A DNA stretch of 64,000 bases from Gemmatimonas sp. (GCA_965279375.1 OZ257156.1:4544001-4608000); one strand, 5' to 3'; numbered from the stretch's first letter, positions 48,756 through 61,073 are shown. The notes: generated from the letters alone by a model not told the origin. Numbers and translations: made by a program.

Positions 48756-49367
48756 ATGGCGTTGTACATGCCGTACATCATCGAGCGGTCGAGCCGCGGC
48801 GAGCGGACGTATGACATCTTTTCGCGTCTGCTCATGGACCGGATCGTGTTTTTGGGCACGCCGATCAATGACGACGTCGCGAACGTGATCATCGCGCAGA
48901 TGCTCTTCCTGGATGCGGACAACCCGGAAAAGCCGATCCACCTCTACATCAACTCCCCGGGCGGCAGCGTGTCCGCCGGCCTGGCGATGTACGACACGAT
49001 GCAGTTCATCAAGGCACCGGTGCACACCACGTGCATGGGCATGGCGGCCAGCATGGGCGCGTTCCTGCTCTGTGCCGGTGAAGCGGGCAAGCGCAGCGCC
49101 CTGCCCCACTCGCGCATCATGATCCACCAGCCGTCGCAGAATGGCGGCGGCGGATCGGCCTCGGACATCGAAATTCAGGCGCGCGAGATTCTCTATCTCC
49201 GTTCCAAGATGAACGAGCTGATGGCCAAGCACACCGGCCGTCCCGTGGAGCAGGTGGAACGCGACACCGACCGCGACCGTTTCATGTCTGCCGAGGACGC
49301 CAAGGTGTACGGCTTGGTCGATACGGTGATCTCGCACCAGGCGGAGTTGATTCCCGCGGCGCGCTAG
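48756..49367 (+). CDS. clpP: ATP-dependent Clp protease proteolytic subunit
   Basis: [37 protein letters not shown]. Confidence 0.98.
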   Translation: MALYMPYIIERSSRGERTYDIFSRLLMDRIVFLGTPINDDVANVIIAQMLFLDADNPEKPIHLYINSPGGSVSAGLAMYDTMQFIKAPVHTTCMGMAASMGAFLLCAGEAGKRSALPHSRIMIHQPSQNGGGGSASDIEIQAREILYLRSKMNELMAKHTGRPVEQVERDTDRDRFMSAEDAKVYGLVDTVISHQAELIPAAR

Positions 49368-49409
49368 TCGCCACGACGCATCAGTTCATTACCGGAACGC
49401 GGTATCACG

Positions 49410-49445
49410 GCGGCGGAGCCTCTTGGGTTCCGCCGCTTCTGTTTT
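49410..49445 (+). terminator. Rho-independent terminator after clpP
   Basis: GCGGCGGAGCC-tcttg-GGTTCCGCCGC followed by TTCTGTTTT. Confidence 0.75.
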
Positions 49446-49603
49446 CCGTTCGTCGGCCGATACTCCCAAAGATTCCCCGCTTTGCCACGGCGAGCGGGAC
49501 CACTTCGCTTGATTCTGTACGGGAAAGCGGCTTAACTGTAGCAGTCGGTTACAGTTGGCCGGCATGATTCTTCCCCGTGCGTCGCCTTCCGATCCGGATC
49601 GAC

Positions 49604-50865
<1,262 letters not shown>

Positions 50866-50869
<4 letters not shown>

Positions 50870-53271
50870 CCGACCGTCCCGCCTCGAAGACCGGCGCCGA
50901 ACGGCTGCCGGTCCTCCCACTTCGCGACGTGGTGCTGTTCCCCCACGTCGCCATGCCCCTGCTGGTTGGTCGCGCGGCCTCACTGGCCGCCGTCGCCGAA
51001 GCCGCCGAGGGGTCGAAGGAGCTGCTGCTCGTCACGCAGCGTAACGCCGATGTGCATGCCCCCGGAGCAGCCGATCTGCACCGCGTCGGCGTCATCGCGC
51101 GCTTGCAGCAGGTCACGCGCCTCACCGGTGGCACGACCAAGATCCTCGTCGAGGGGATCTCGCGCGTGCGGGTGCAGCGCTATTCGACCTCCAAACGCGG
51201 CCCGTTGCTCGAAGCGCGCGTCACGCCGTTCCCGCTGGGCCATGCTCGGGCCGCCGCGCGCCGATCCTCGCGCGAGGAGACGCAGGCAGGGGTACGCCAT
51301 GCCCTCTCGCTCTTTGAGGACTACGCGGGGCTGCAGCGGCGATTGCCGCCGGAGATCATCGGACTGCTGCAGGGGCTGGACGACGAGCAGCGCGTCGCTT
51401 TCGGTATCGCGGCGCATCTGCAGATCCCGATCGAGCAGCGGCAGCGCATGCTCGAAGCGGCCACGCTCGACGAACTCGCCGACCTGCTCACGCAACAGCT
51501 GGGGAGCGAACTCGAACTGCTCAAGCTCGAGAAGAAGATCGACGAGCAGGTGCGCGGCTCGCTGTTCCAGAATCAGCGCGAGTTCTTTCTGCAGGAGCAG
51601 CTGCGCGCGATTCACAAGGAGCTGGGTCAGGAAGATGGCGACGAGGTGGAGGAATTCACCAAGCAGATCGCCGCGCGTTCGTTGCCTGAATCCGTTGCGC
51701 TGCGGGCCGGCCGCGAGTTGCGGAAGCTTCGTCGCAATTCTCCGATGTCTCCCGATGCCGCCGTGGCGCGCGGATGGCTCGACTGGGCGACGTCGCTCCC
51801 GTGGGTAACGCGGAGCGATGACACGATCGATCTCGCGCACGCGCGCGAGATTCTCGACGGCGACCATTTCGGCCTGGAAGAGGTCAAGGAGCGCATCCTC
51901 GATCACATCGCCGTGCTCGGTCGCGTCGGCAAGCTGCCCGGACCCGTGCTGTGCCTCGTCGGGCCGCCGGGTGTCGGCAAGACGTCGCTCGGCCGCTCGA
52001 TCGCCAACGCCCTCGGCCGCCGGTTCGTGCGAATGGCGTTGGGTGGCGTGCGCGACGAAGCGGAAATTCGCGGACATCGGCGCACGTACATTGGTGCTCT
52101 GCCCGGCCGCATCATTCAGGCGATGCGGCGCGCGGAGACGGTGAATCCGGTGATTCTGCTGGACGAAGTGGACAAGCTGGGGAGTGACTGGCGAGGCGAT
52201 CCGGCAGCGGCGCTGCTGGAAGTGCTCGACCCCGAACAGCATCACGCGTTCAACGATCACTACCTCGAGGTGGACTACGACCTGTCGCAGGTCCTGTTCA
52301 TCACGACGGCGAACTCGCTGCAGTCGATTCCCGAAGCGCTGCGCGATCGCATGGAGATCATTCGGCTGGCCGGGTATCTGGAGCCGGAGAAGCTCTCGAT
52401 TGCGCGACGGTTTTTGGTGCCTCGTCAGCTCGAAGCCCACGGCCTGCGTCCCGCGCAGGTGGTCATCGAGACCGAGGTGTTGCAGGCGATAATCCGCGGC
52501 TGGACGCGAGAAGCGGGGGTGCGCGACCTCGATCGCCGCATCGCGCGACTGGCGCGCAAGCTGGCACGCCGCGATGCCGCTGCTGACGACACGATGACTG
52601 TGACGGTGGCAGATCTCCCGGAGATGCTCGGTCCGGCGCCGCACGATCACGAGGATCCGACGCTGCACGATCAGGTGGGTGTCGCCAACGGACTCGCGTA
52701 CACGAGTGTGGGCGGCGATCTGCTGGAGATCGAAGTGAGCATCGTGCCCGGCCGCGGTCGCCTGCAACTCACCGGAACGCTGGGTGAAGTCATCAAGGAG
52801 TCGGCCGCGGCCGCGTTGAGCTATGTGCGCTCACGCGCGAATGCACTCGGACTCTCCAGCGATTTCTACCGCACGCGCGACATCCACGTGCACCTGCCCG
52901 CCGGTGCCACGCCAAAGGATGGTCCGTCGGCGGGCATCGCGTTGGCCACGGCGTTGGCGAGTGCGCTGACGGGCATTCCGGTGCGCGGCGACGTCGCCAT
53001 GACAGGCGAAGTGACGCTGCGCGGCCGCGTACTGCCGATCGGTGGCATTCGTGAGAAAGGGGTCGCCGCGCATCGGCATCGCGTGGCACATGTGATCGTG
53101 CCGCAGGGGAACGCGAAGGACCTCGCGGAGTTGCCCGAGGATGTGCGCACGCAGGTGACATGGCATCCGGTGCGCACGATGGACGAGGTGCTGGCGCTGG
53201 CGCTGCGTCAGCCGTTGCCGGAGCCGCTGGTGGAAGTGACCCTGCTCTCGTCCCCCGAGCGTCCGACATGA
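50866..53271 (+). CDS. lon: ATP-dependent Lon protease (paralog 2, canonical locus)
   Basis: [35 protein letters not shown]; start placed at CTG overlapping the clpX stop. Confidence 0.95.
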
Positions 53272-53897
53272 CCGCCGTCGATCCGCTGGTGATCAAGTCG
53301 ATCGAGTTCCTCGGGCCGATGGCGACAGCGGGCGGCTGGCGTCCGCCGGTCGACCTGCCTGAGATCGCGTTCGTCGGGCGATCGAACGTCGGCAAGTCAT
53401 CACTGCTCAATCGCCTGATGCGACGAAAGTCGTTCGCGCGCGTGAGCAACACGCCGGGCCGCACGCGCGAGATCAACTTCTTCAAGGTCAACAGCACCTT
53501 CGTGCTCGCTGACTTGCCGGGCTACGGCTACGCCCGCATCTCCAAGGCACGCAAGGCCGAGTGGCGTCCGCTGATCGAAGGGTATCTCGCGGAGAGCCCC
53601 GTACTCGGCGGCGTGGTGCTGCTGCTCGATGCACGACATGACCCAACTGACGATGATCGCACGATGCTCGACTTCCTCGCGGAGTTGGGTGCGCCGACGA
53701 TCGTCGCCGTGACCAAAGTCGACAAGCTCTCCGCTGGCGCGACGAGCGAACGTGTGCAGGTGCTGGCCGACATCGTGGGCCTGGATGCCGATCAGATCGT
53801 GCCGTTCAGCGCGCGGACGGGCGAAGGACGCGACGAACTGGCGTCGGCGCTGGTGTCAGTCCTCGCGCTTCCCGACTGGCGGGTGGTCGAAGGGTGA
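53268..53897 (+). CDS. engB: Ribosome biogenesis GTPase YihA/YsxC
   Basis: [24 protein letters not shown]; follows lon. Confidence 0.96.
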   Translation: MTAVDPLVIKSIEFLGPMATAGGWRPPVDLPEIAFVGRSNVGKSSLLNRLMRRKSFARVSNTPGRTREINFFKVNSTFVLADLPGYGYARISKARKAEWRPLIEGYLAESPVLGGVVLLLDARHDPTDDDRTMLDFLAELGAPTIVAVTKVDKLSAGATSERVQVLADIVGLDADQIVPFSARTGEGRDELASALVSVLALPDWRVVEG

Positions 53898-54592
53898 TGT
53901 CGCGCGCCGCTCTCCGATCGGCGCGCGAATGCAGCGCGGCCCTGACGATGGCGTTCGCGCTGGCCTGCGCGCCCGCTCGCGGCTCGATGGCGCAGCAGCC
54001 GCCGGCTACTGGTGGCACGCCGAGTACCGTCGCGGATACGCTCGATCCGAATTTCGTGCCGGCCGGTTTCGGCTCGCTCAAGCAGGACGACATCGCGATC
54101 AAGGTCGCGCCGTCGAACGGCTTGCAGGTGCGCGCGGTGCCACTCGATGAGCGGTTCATCCGGCTGCTCGGTCCCGACTCGTATCGGTCGCTGCGCGAGC
54201 TGGTGCGCAGCAAGCAGCGCGCCGTCGACGCCGTGAAGGAGCGGACCCGCTTGCCCTCCTACTCGATCTGGTACGCGACCTTTTTCGCGCTCGAGCAGGG
54301 GGAGACGCGCTTCTCTCCGCAGGAATTCATCGTCACCAATGTGGGACGTGATTTCCGTCCGATCGACGTGCTGCCGCTGACGACGGGGTTTGGCGAGTAC
54401 CGCCTCAAGCAGCGCGAGGTGCAGGCCGCGCTGCTGATCTTCGACGGCCAGATCGACCTGAACCAGCCACTCACCGGGTCGATGGAAGGGACGCCGAGCG
54501 TGACGGATTGGGGTCAGGTGCTGCAACGCGTGGAGCGGGAGCGGGCACTGGTGCGCTCGCGCGCCGCAGCGGTGGTCAAGCCACCGCTTTGA
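53897..54592 (+). CDS. Hypothetical exported protein
   Basis: Signal-like N-terminus, PAGFGSLKQDDI..PLDE..IRLL.PDSY; overlaps engB stop. Confidence 0.7.
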   Translation: MSRAALRSARECSAALTMAFALACAPARGSMAQQPPATGGTPSTVADTLDPNFVPAGFGSLKQDDIAIKVAPSNGLQVRAVPLDERFIRLLGPDSYRSLRELVRSKQRAVDAVKERTRLPSYSIWYATFFALEQGETRFSPQEFIVTNVGRDFRPIDVLPLTTGFGEYRLKQREVQAALLIFDGQIDLNQPLTGSMEGTPSVTDWGQVLQRVERERALVRSRAAAVVKPPL

Positions 54593-54615
54593 CGCGCGAG
54601 GCGACGAGGCGCGGA

Positions 54616-55401
54616 CTACTTCGCGCCCAACTCGCGAATCCAGATGTTGCGGAAGCTGATCGGCGGGCTGGGGTCGCCGTGCGCCTGCAGCAGGATCGGG
54701 AGTGCGCCGTGCTTGGCGTATGACGGCGCGCCGATGTAACGCGTGAAGCCTTTGAGCGCGACGTGATTCTGCACGAGCACGCCGTTGTGCATCGCAGTCA
54801 CGTAGGCTGGCGATTCGAGCGAGCCGTCGGCCTTGAAGCGAGGCGCGGTCCAGATGACGTCGTACGTCTGCCATTCGCCCGGTGCGCGCATCGCGTTGAC
54901 CAGCGGCGGCGTCTGCTTGTAGAGGCTCGCTGCCTGTCCGTTGACGTAGGTGGTGCTCTGGTACGAATCGAGAATCTGCAGCTCGTAGCCATCTTCGCCG
55001 GTGAAGCCGAGGTAGAGGCCACTGTTGCCGCGCTCCTGGCCACTGAACTTGAGACCGGCCGGCACGCGCCACTCGAGGTGAATCTGGTAGTCGCGGAAGC
55101 TGCGTTTGGTGAGCAGATCACCGGACTTCTTGTTCACCGTCAGGATGCCATTGGCGACGGTCCATCCAGCCTTGGACTTGTCGTTGGCATTTACCCACTC
55201 ATCCAGCGAGCGGCCGTCGAAGAGCACGATGGCATCGCTGGGAGCGGCGGCACTCGCTCCCGGCGCGACGACGCGGGGCACCGGCGTCCACACCTCGGTG
55301 TCCTTGGGATTGCCGACGGGTTGCTGTGCGGCAGCGACGGTGGCGTGCGCGGCGGTCAGGGACAGAAGCGCAGCGGAGAGAAGAACGCGGTTGCGGAGCA
55401 T
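54616..55401 (-). CDS. DUF1080 (3-keto-disaccharide hydrolase-like) exported protein
   Basis: PSDAIVLFDGRSL, HLEWR, RGNSG, YELQILDS, LQAHG..ISFRNIWIREL. Confidence 0.9.
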   Translation of the reverse strand: MLRNRVLLSAALLSLTAAHATVAAAQQPVGNPKDTEVWTPVPRVVAPGASAAAPSDAIVLFDGRSLDEWVNANDKSKAGWTVANGILTVNKKSGDLLTKRSFRDYQIHLEWRVPAGLKFSGQERGNSGLYLGFTGEDGYELQILDSYQSTTYVNGQAASLYKQTPPLVNAMRAPGEWQTYDVIWTAPRFKADGSLESPAYVTAMHNGVLVQNHVALKGFTRYIGAPSYAKHGALPILLQAHGDPSPPISFRNIWIRELGAK

Positions 55402-55441
55402 AGCGGAGGGAGGGAGAGGAAGGAGCGGGAGCCAAACCGGC

Positions 55442-55954
55442 TCAATCGGGGACGCGCAGAACATCTTCGACTGCGCCGGCGTCGCCATCGCGCAGGAGGT
55501 ACATCGCATGCTGCACCGCGTCGTGCTCGCGCGGCCAGGCCAACACCCGAATCGCCGCAGAGGGGGTGCGCCACATCGAATCGTCGTGCTCGCTGCCGAG
55601 TCGGGCGACCGACGCCGGCGGGACCACGGCGACGAAGACGATGGCCATCTGGACGGTATCGTTCTGGTGCAGGTAGAACGGGTTCACGCTGAGGCTGTAG
55701 AGGTGCACGACCTCGAGCCCCGTCTCCTCGCGCACCTCGCGTCGAGCCGCGTCGGCAGGGCGTTCGCCGGGCTCGATGCTGCCGTGCACGATTTCCCAAG
55801 CGCCCGTGCAGCGAACGCCAGCGGCACGTTTGAGCGTCAGCACGCGCCAGCGGTCGCGTCGGGTTGGCACGGCCGGCGCCAGCACGACCACATCCACCAC
55901 GCCCACGTCGATGCGGGTGGTTCGCGAGAGCAGACGCTCTGAAGTCGGATTCAC
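55442..55954 (-). CDS. NUDIX hydrolase (NudB-like)
   Basis: WEIVHGSIEPGE..AARREVREETGL Nudix box; SEH motif. Confidence 0.88.
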   Translation of the reverse strand: MNPTSERLLSRTTRIDVGVVDVVVLAPAVPTRRDRWRVLTLKRAAGVRCTGAWEIVHGSIEPGERPADAARREVREETGLEVVHLYSLSVNPFYLHQNDTVQMAIVFVAVVPPASVARLGSEHDDSMWRTPSAAIRVLAWPREHDAVQHAMYLLRDGDAGAVEDVLRVPD

Positions 55955-56084
55955 CTACGACAGCCTCGAGCAGGTCATGAATGAATGCTAGGTCGTCGCT
56001 TGCCTCACAGCGAGCGCGACAGCGAAGTTCCCCTGTCTGAGTCCCCGCTGTTTCGCCCGCGTTGACATTCTCGCCCGATCGCCC

Positions 56085-57608
56085 GTGACGACCCTCGCCG
56101 AGTTCCGTACCGCCGCCACCGAGTGCCAATCGCAGGGAGGTCTCGTGCCCGTCTGGCGCGACTGCCTGCTCGATCAGTGCACGCCGGTGGCAGCCTACGC
56201 GAAGTTGCGGCGTGGACCGTTCGCATTTCTGCTGGAGTCGGCACCGGCGGGTGGCGAGACGTGGGCGCGCTACACGTATCTCGGCACGGAGCCGCGCGGG
56301 GCGTGGCGGCTGCGCGATGGCGTCGTGGAAGACTGGGCGGCGGAGCTGGGGTGGCATGCCGCGCGCACGCCGGCCGATCCGATCGCCGACCTGCGGGACA
56401 TCGTGCGCGACATGCGCCCGGTGGAGGCGGGATCGCTCGGTCCGTTCTGGAGCGGCGCGGTTGGCTTTTTCGCGTATGACGTGGTGCGCCATATCGAGGA
56501 TCTCCCGAACGCCCCGCCGCGCACGATGAACTATCCCGATGCGTGCTTCGTCTTCACGCGCGCGCTGGTGGTGATCGACAACTGGCGCGGACAGGCCCGC
56601 GTGATCGTGTCGGTGCCGGTGCCGGCAGGCGCAGAAGAGGCGACGCTGACCGCGCTGCATGCGGAGGCCACGCACACGCTCGAAGACACGATTGCTCGCC
56701 TGCAGGGCCCCGATGTGCTCTCACCGCTGACGATCGACACCAGCGCGCCGGCCGCGGTCGCGCAGTCGAACTACACGCGCGAGAAGTACATGCAGGACGT
56801 GGCGCGCATCAAGGAGTACATCGTCTCCGGCGATGCGTTTCAGGTCTTGCTGGCACGACGGCAACAGATCCCGCTCGACTTCGATCCGACGGACCTCTAT
56901 CGCGCGCTGCGTGCGCTCAATCCGTCGCCGTACATGTATCACCTCGTGCTCGACGGCCTCGAGCTCGTCGGGAGCTCGCCGGAGTTGCTGGTGCGCGTGG
57001 CCGACGGCACGCTGACCGTGCGCCCGATCGCCGGCACGCGTCCGCGCGGACGTACGGCGGACGAAGACGCGGCGCTCGCCGCCGAACTGTTGGCCGATGA
57101 GAAGGAACGCGCCGAGCATGTGATGCTGGTGGACTTGGGCCGCAACGACGTCGGGCGGCTCGCCAAGTACGGCACGGTACGCGTCACGGACCTCATGACC
57201 GTCGAGCGCTACTCACACGTGTTCCACATCGTCAGTCAGGTGGAAGGCGATCTGGCCGACGACACGAGCGCGCTCGATGCATTCCGTGCCGTGTTCCCAG
57301 CGGGCACGATGAGCGGGGCGCCCAAGGTGCGCGCGATGGAGATCATCGACGAGTTGGAGCCCGAGCGTCGCGGTGCCTACGCAGGTGCTATCGGGTTCAT
57401 CGGCGCGGGCGATACGCGCATGGATCTCGCGATCACCATTCGCACCTGCGTCATCGCTGATGGCGTCGCGTCGGTGCAGAGCGGTGGCGGCATCGTGCAC
57501 GACTCCATCCCGGAAATGGAGTGGGCCGAAACCGAGAACAAGGCACGCGCGATTCTCACCGCCATCGGTCGGGTGCGCGCCTCCACACCTCGGCGACAGC
57601 CGACGTAG
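56085..57608 (+). CDS. trpE: Anthranilate synthase component I
   Basis: FLLESA, NPSPYM, RPIAGT (not the PabB PIKGT), KERAEHVMLVDLGRND, FPAGTMSGAPKVRAM. Confidence 0.92.
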   Translation: MTTLAEFRTAATECQSQGGLVPVWRDCLLDQCTPVAAYAKLRRGPFAFLLESAPAGGETWARYTYLGTEPRGAWRLRDGVVEDWAAELGWHAARTPADPIADLRDIVRDMRPVEAGSLGPFWSGAVGFFAYDVVRHIEDLPNAPPRTMNYPDACFVFTRALVVIDNWRGQARVIVSVPVPAGAEEATLTALHAEATHTLEDTIARLQGPDVLSPLTIDTSAPAAVAQSNYTREKYMQDVARIKEYIVSGDAFQVLLARRQQIPLDFDPTDLYRALRALNPSPYMYHLVLDGLELVGSSPELLVRVADGTLTVRPIAGTRPRGRTADEDAALAAELLADEKERAEHVMLVDLGRNDVGRLAKYGTVRVTDLMTVERYSHVFHIVSQVEGDLADDTSALDAFRAVFPAGTMSGAPKVRAMEIIDELEPERRGAYAGAIGFIGAGDTRMDLAITIRTCVIADGVASVQSGGGIVHDSIPEMEWAETENKARAILTAIGRVRASTPRRQPT

Positions 57609-57610
57609 CG

Positions 57611-59152
57611 ATGCCGCTCGTGCTCGTTTCGCCTGAAGGCGACCGTCGCTTCGCGCTTCCGCACGAGACCACGCAGGTGGCCGGGCGCGAGCTATCGTGT
57701 GCCCTGCCCATCCTCGACCCGCGCGTGTCGCGCCGACATGCAGAAGTGCGCGCGAGTGAGTCGTCCGTCGAGATCAAGGATCTGGGCTCGCGGAACGGCA
57801 CGTGGATCAACGGCGAGCGTGTGGACGAGGGTGTGGCGGCGCCGGGCGATGTCGTCGCGTTTGGTGGTGTCACGTTCCTCGTGGTGACGGCCGCCGAAGC
57901 GGCCACGCCGCGTGTGCCCTATCCGTCGTCCACCGCGTCGTCGCCCACGATCGTGCGTGAACGCTCCATGCCGCAGCGCGACCTCGCACTCACGGAAGTG
58001 AACGGCAAGCGACTCGCGCAACTCGTCTCCAGCGCCCAGCGACTCGGCGCCGTCACGAGCGTCGAGTCGATGTTGCAGACGATCGTGGACGACCTGTTCG
58101 TCACGTTCTCCGCCGATCGCGTGGCGGTGCTGCTGCCCGACGCCGGCGGTGAGCTCACGCCACGCATCGCGCGCGATCGACGTGGTGGCGATGTCGTGCG
58201 CGCCGTGCCACGAGGCATTGCTTCCGGCGTTGCCGAGCGTCAGGTCGCGCTGCTCACGCACGACGCGCGCGAAGATTCGCGAACGACTGGTGCCACGGTG
58301 CTACGACAGGCGGTACGCTCGGCGATGGCCGCTCCCTTGCTCGGCGACGGTGGCGTGACGTTGGGCGTGCTGTACGTCGACAACATGCACGACACGCACG
58401 CGTTCGAAGAGGCCGATCTCGACTATCTCGTGGCGTACGCGGGACTCGCCGCGGTCACCGCCGAGCGCGAGGTGACCGCTGGCAAGCTGCATCAGGCGCT
58501 GCAGGTGCGTGAGAATTTCGAGCGCTACTTCACGCCGCAACTCGCCGAACGCATTGCACTGGAAACGGGCAAGGTGACGCCCGGTGGAGAGCGTCGACTG
58601 GCCGTGGTGTTGTTCAGCGACATTCGCGGATTCACGGCGTTGGCGGAGTCGCTGCCCGCGATGCAGATGGCCGCGCAGCTCAACGAGTACTTTGAAGCGA
58701 TGGTGGATTGCGTGTTCCGGCACAACGGCGCGCTCGACAAGTTCATCGGCGATGCGCTGATGGCATACTGGGGCGCGCCCGATGCGTTTGCCGACGACTC
58801 CGACCGCGCGCTCGCGTCGGCGCTGGAGATGCAGCGCGAACTCGTGCGACTGAACGACCGCTGGCGGGCGAGCGGTCGCGCCACGCTCGACATCGGCATC
58901 GGGGTGCATCGCGGTGAAGCGTTCGTGGGGAACATCGGTTCGCCGCGCCGACTCGAGTACACGTTGATTGGCGACACCGTCAACCTCGCCAGCAGACTAT
59001 GTGCAAGCGCCGACCGCGGTGAGATCCTCGTCAGCGCCGAGGTGCGCGAGTCGCTGGTGCGCCCGCTGCCGATGCAACCGCATCCCGATATCGTGCCTGA
59101 ACGCCGCGCTGGTGCCCAGCTGCACGTCTGGTCGGTGGACGTCACCGCGTGA
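57611..59152 (+). CDS. FHA-GAF-class III adenylate cyclase
   Basis: FHA (GR, SRRH, SRNGT); GAF-like middle; cyclase FSDIRGFT, DKFIGD, EYTLIGDTVNLASRL. Confidence 0.92.
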   Translation: MPLVLVSPEGDRRFALPHETTQVAGRELSCALPILDPRVSRRHAEVRASESSVEIKDLGSRNGTWINGERVDEGVAAPGDVVAFGGVTFLVVTAAEAATPRVPYPSSTASSPTIVRERSMPQRDLALTEVNGKRLAQLVSSAQRLGAVTSVESMLQTIVDDLFVTFSADRVAVLLPDAGGELTPRIARDRRGGDVVRAVPRGIASGVAERQVALLTHDAREDSRTTGATVLRQAVRSAMAAPLLGDGGVTLGVLYVDNMHDTHAFEEADLDYLVAYAGLAAVTAEREVTAGKLHQALQVRENFERYFTPQLAERIALETGKVTPGGERRLAVVLFSDIRGFTALAESLPAMQMAAQLNEYFEAMVDCVFRHNGALDKFIGDALMAYWGAPDAFADDSDRALASALEMQRELVRLNDRWRASGRATLDIGIGVHRGEAFVGNIGSPRRLEYTLIGDTVNLASRLCASADRGEILVSAEVRESLVRPLPMQPHPDIVPERRAGAQLHVWSVDVTA

Positions 59153-59970
59153 GCGCACTGACGAGTATCCCGGGCGTCGAAATGCGCTCGCTCCCGACCG
59201 CCGACATCACCGGGATGCACGATGTCGTGGATACGCTCGCGCGCATCGTCGTTGACCATGGCACGCTCTATGACTGGGCAGCCGAGCGACCACAGCCGCG
59301 TGCACTGCGCGGACGTGCGCCGGTGTTTGTCGCAACGCTGCCTGATCGCGACGAGACGGTCGTGGTGCGACACTCCTGGCACGGCGGGTTACTGGCGCCA
59401 ATCACGAGCGATCTGTTTCGTGCACCGACGCGTGCCCCCATGGAGATGCTGCGCTCGCACATGCTGCAGCGTGTTGGAATCCCGACGTCGGACGTGATCG
59501 GCTTTGCGCGCTACTCGGCACTTCCGGGGTTCTACCGCGTGGATGTGGTCACGCGCTTCATTCCCGATGCGTACGACCTTGGTATGGTTGCCGCAGGGTT
59601 GGCACCGCAGATCGAGCGGGATGACGCTCTGGCTGCCACCAAAGCGCTGCTGGTGAAGCTGGCGGCACATGGCGTGAGCCATCCGGACCTCAACGTGAAG
59701 AATGTGCTGCTCCGGCAGGACAAGCGCGGTGCGGTCGAAGCCATCGTGATCGACGTGGACGTGGTGCAGTGGAATCCGACGCGCCCGCCGATCGAAACGA
59801 TGCGGGCCAACACGGCGCGTCTGATTCGATCCATGCGCAAATGGCGAACGCATTTTGGTTGCGATGTCGCCGAAACGCGCATGCAGGCTTTCGAGCAGGA
59901 TGCACTGGCTGCCACGCCACCACTGGCGTCGATGACCGTTTCCGACATGCATCGCGTGGCGGGTCCGTGA
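59149..59970 (+). CDS. Kdo/lipopolysaccharide kinase (KdkA/InaA family)
   Basis: GRAPVF, VVRHSWHGGLL, HPDLNVKNVL, IDVD, N.ARL.RS.RK. Confidence 0.8.
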   Translation: MSALTSIPGVEMRSLPTADITGMHDVVDTLARIVVDHGTLYDWAAERPQPRALRGRAPVFVATLPDRDETVVVRHSWHGGLLAPITSDLFRAPTRAPMEMLRSHMLQRVGIPTSDVIGFARYSALPGFYRVDVVTRFIPDAYDLGMVAAGLAPQIERDDALAATKALLVKLAAHGVSHPDLNVKNVLLRQDKRGAVEAIVIDVDVVQWNPTRPPIETMRANTARLIRSMRKWRTHFGCDVAETRMQAFEQDALAATPPLASMTVSDMHRVAGP

Positions 59971-61073
59971 GTGGATCGGTGAGTGACAGAGTGAGCGATG
60001 CCATTCCCGCGCTATCCCGCGATGTGAAACACATCGGCATCGTGATGATGAGCGCCGTCGGTGATGCGGTGCACGTGATGCCGATCGTGCACGCGCTCAA
60101 GGCGCACGCGCCCAACGCGAAGATCACGTGGGTGCTGCAGCCGGGCCCCGCATCACTCGTGCGCGGGCATCCGCTGGTGGACGAGATCATCGTGTTCGAT
60201 CGTGCGCGAGGCTGGCGCGCCTTTCTCGACGTGCGAAGTGCGCTGCAGTCGCGTCCCTTTGATGTGGTGCTCGGGCTGCAGGTGTACTTCAAGGCCGGCC
60301 TCGTGACCGGCTTCACACAGTCGCCGATCAAGCTGGGCTTCGACAAAGCACGCGCGCGCGATGCCAACTGGCTGTTCACCACGCATCGCATTCCGCCGCA
60401 CGATGGCCAGCACGTGCAGGACCAGTACTTCGAGTTCCTCGATGCGTTACGGGTGCCGCACGGCACCCCAGCGTGGACGCTTGGCCCGTGCAACGATGAG
60501 GAGCGCGCGTGGCAACAAGATTTCGTGCGCGGTTTCGATCGCCCGATCGCTCCGATTGTCGTTGCCACCAGCAAACCGGAAAAGGACTGGATGCCCGAAC
60601 GCTGGGCGCAGGTCTGCCATCTCCTCTGGAACGAGTTTGGCCTGCAGCCGGTCCTCGTCGGCGGCCGGTCACCGCGAGAAGTGGCCGCCGAAGCGATCAT
60701 TCTGCGTGATGCGCCGATGGCGCATTCCGCGCTGGGAAGCGGGCTACGAAAGCTCTCCGCGATGTTGGACGCGGCAGCGGTCGCACTCTCTCCCGATACG
60801 GGACCGCTGCATCTCGCCGTCGCGTTGCGAACGCCAGTGATCTCCTTGCTCGGCTACACCAATCCCAAGCGGGTAGGCCCGTACGACTACGCGCTGGATC
60901 TGCGCATCGATGCGTACGGTGACCCGGGTGAGGACTATCCGATCGACATGGTCTATCGCCCGGACCGCATGCCGCGCATCACCGTGGACCACGTGCACGG
61001 TGCGCTGCGTCGTTGGCAGTCGCACTATGCCACGACGCGACTCGCCGATCTCGCGAAGCGATTTCCTCGCTAG
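59967..61073 (+). CDS. GT9 ADP-heptose:LPS heptosyltransferase
   Basis: SAVGDAVH, KLGFD..RARD, KDW, PDTGPLHLAVAL.TP. Confidence 0.9.
   Translation: MSGSVSDRVSDAIPALSRDVKHIGIVMMSAVGDAVHVMPIVHALKAHAPNAKITWVLQPGPASLVRGHPLVDEIIVFDRARGWRAFLDVRSALQSRPFDVVLGLQVYFKAGLVTGFTQSPIKLGFDKARARDANWLFTTHRIPPHDGQHVQDQYFEFLDALRVPHGTPAWTLGPCNDEERAWQQDFVRGFDRPIAPIVVATSKPEKDWMPERWAQVCHLLWNEFGLQPVLVGGRSPREVAAEAIILRDAPMAHSALGSGLRKLSAMLDAAAVALSPDTGPLHLAVALRTPVISLLGYTNPKRVGPYDYALDLRIDAYGDPGEDYPIDMVYRPDRMPRITVDHVHGALRRWQSHYATTRLADLAKRFPR

Noticed and set aside
49536..49554. CTGT...ACAG as an E. coli-type SOS box
   Set aside because: The spacer is 11 nt, not 8; kept only as an unassigned palindrome
56085..57608. PabB paired with a NudB-like hydrolase as a folate module
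   Set aside because: The PIAGT, LLES and NPSPYM motifs indicate TrpE rather than PabB
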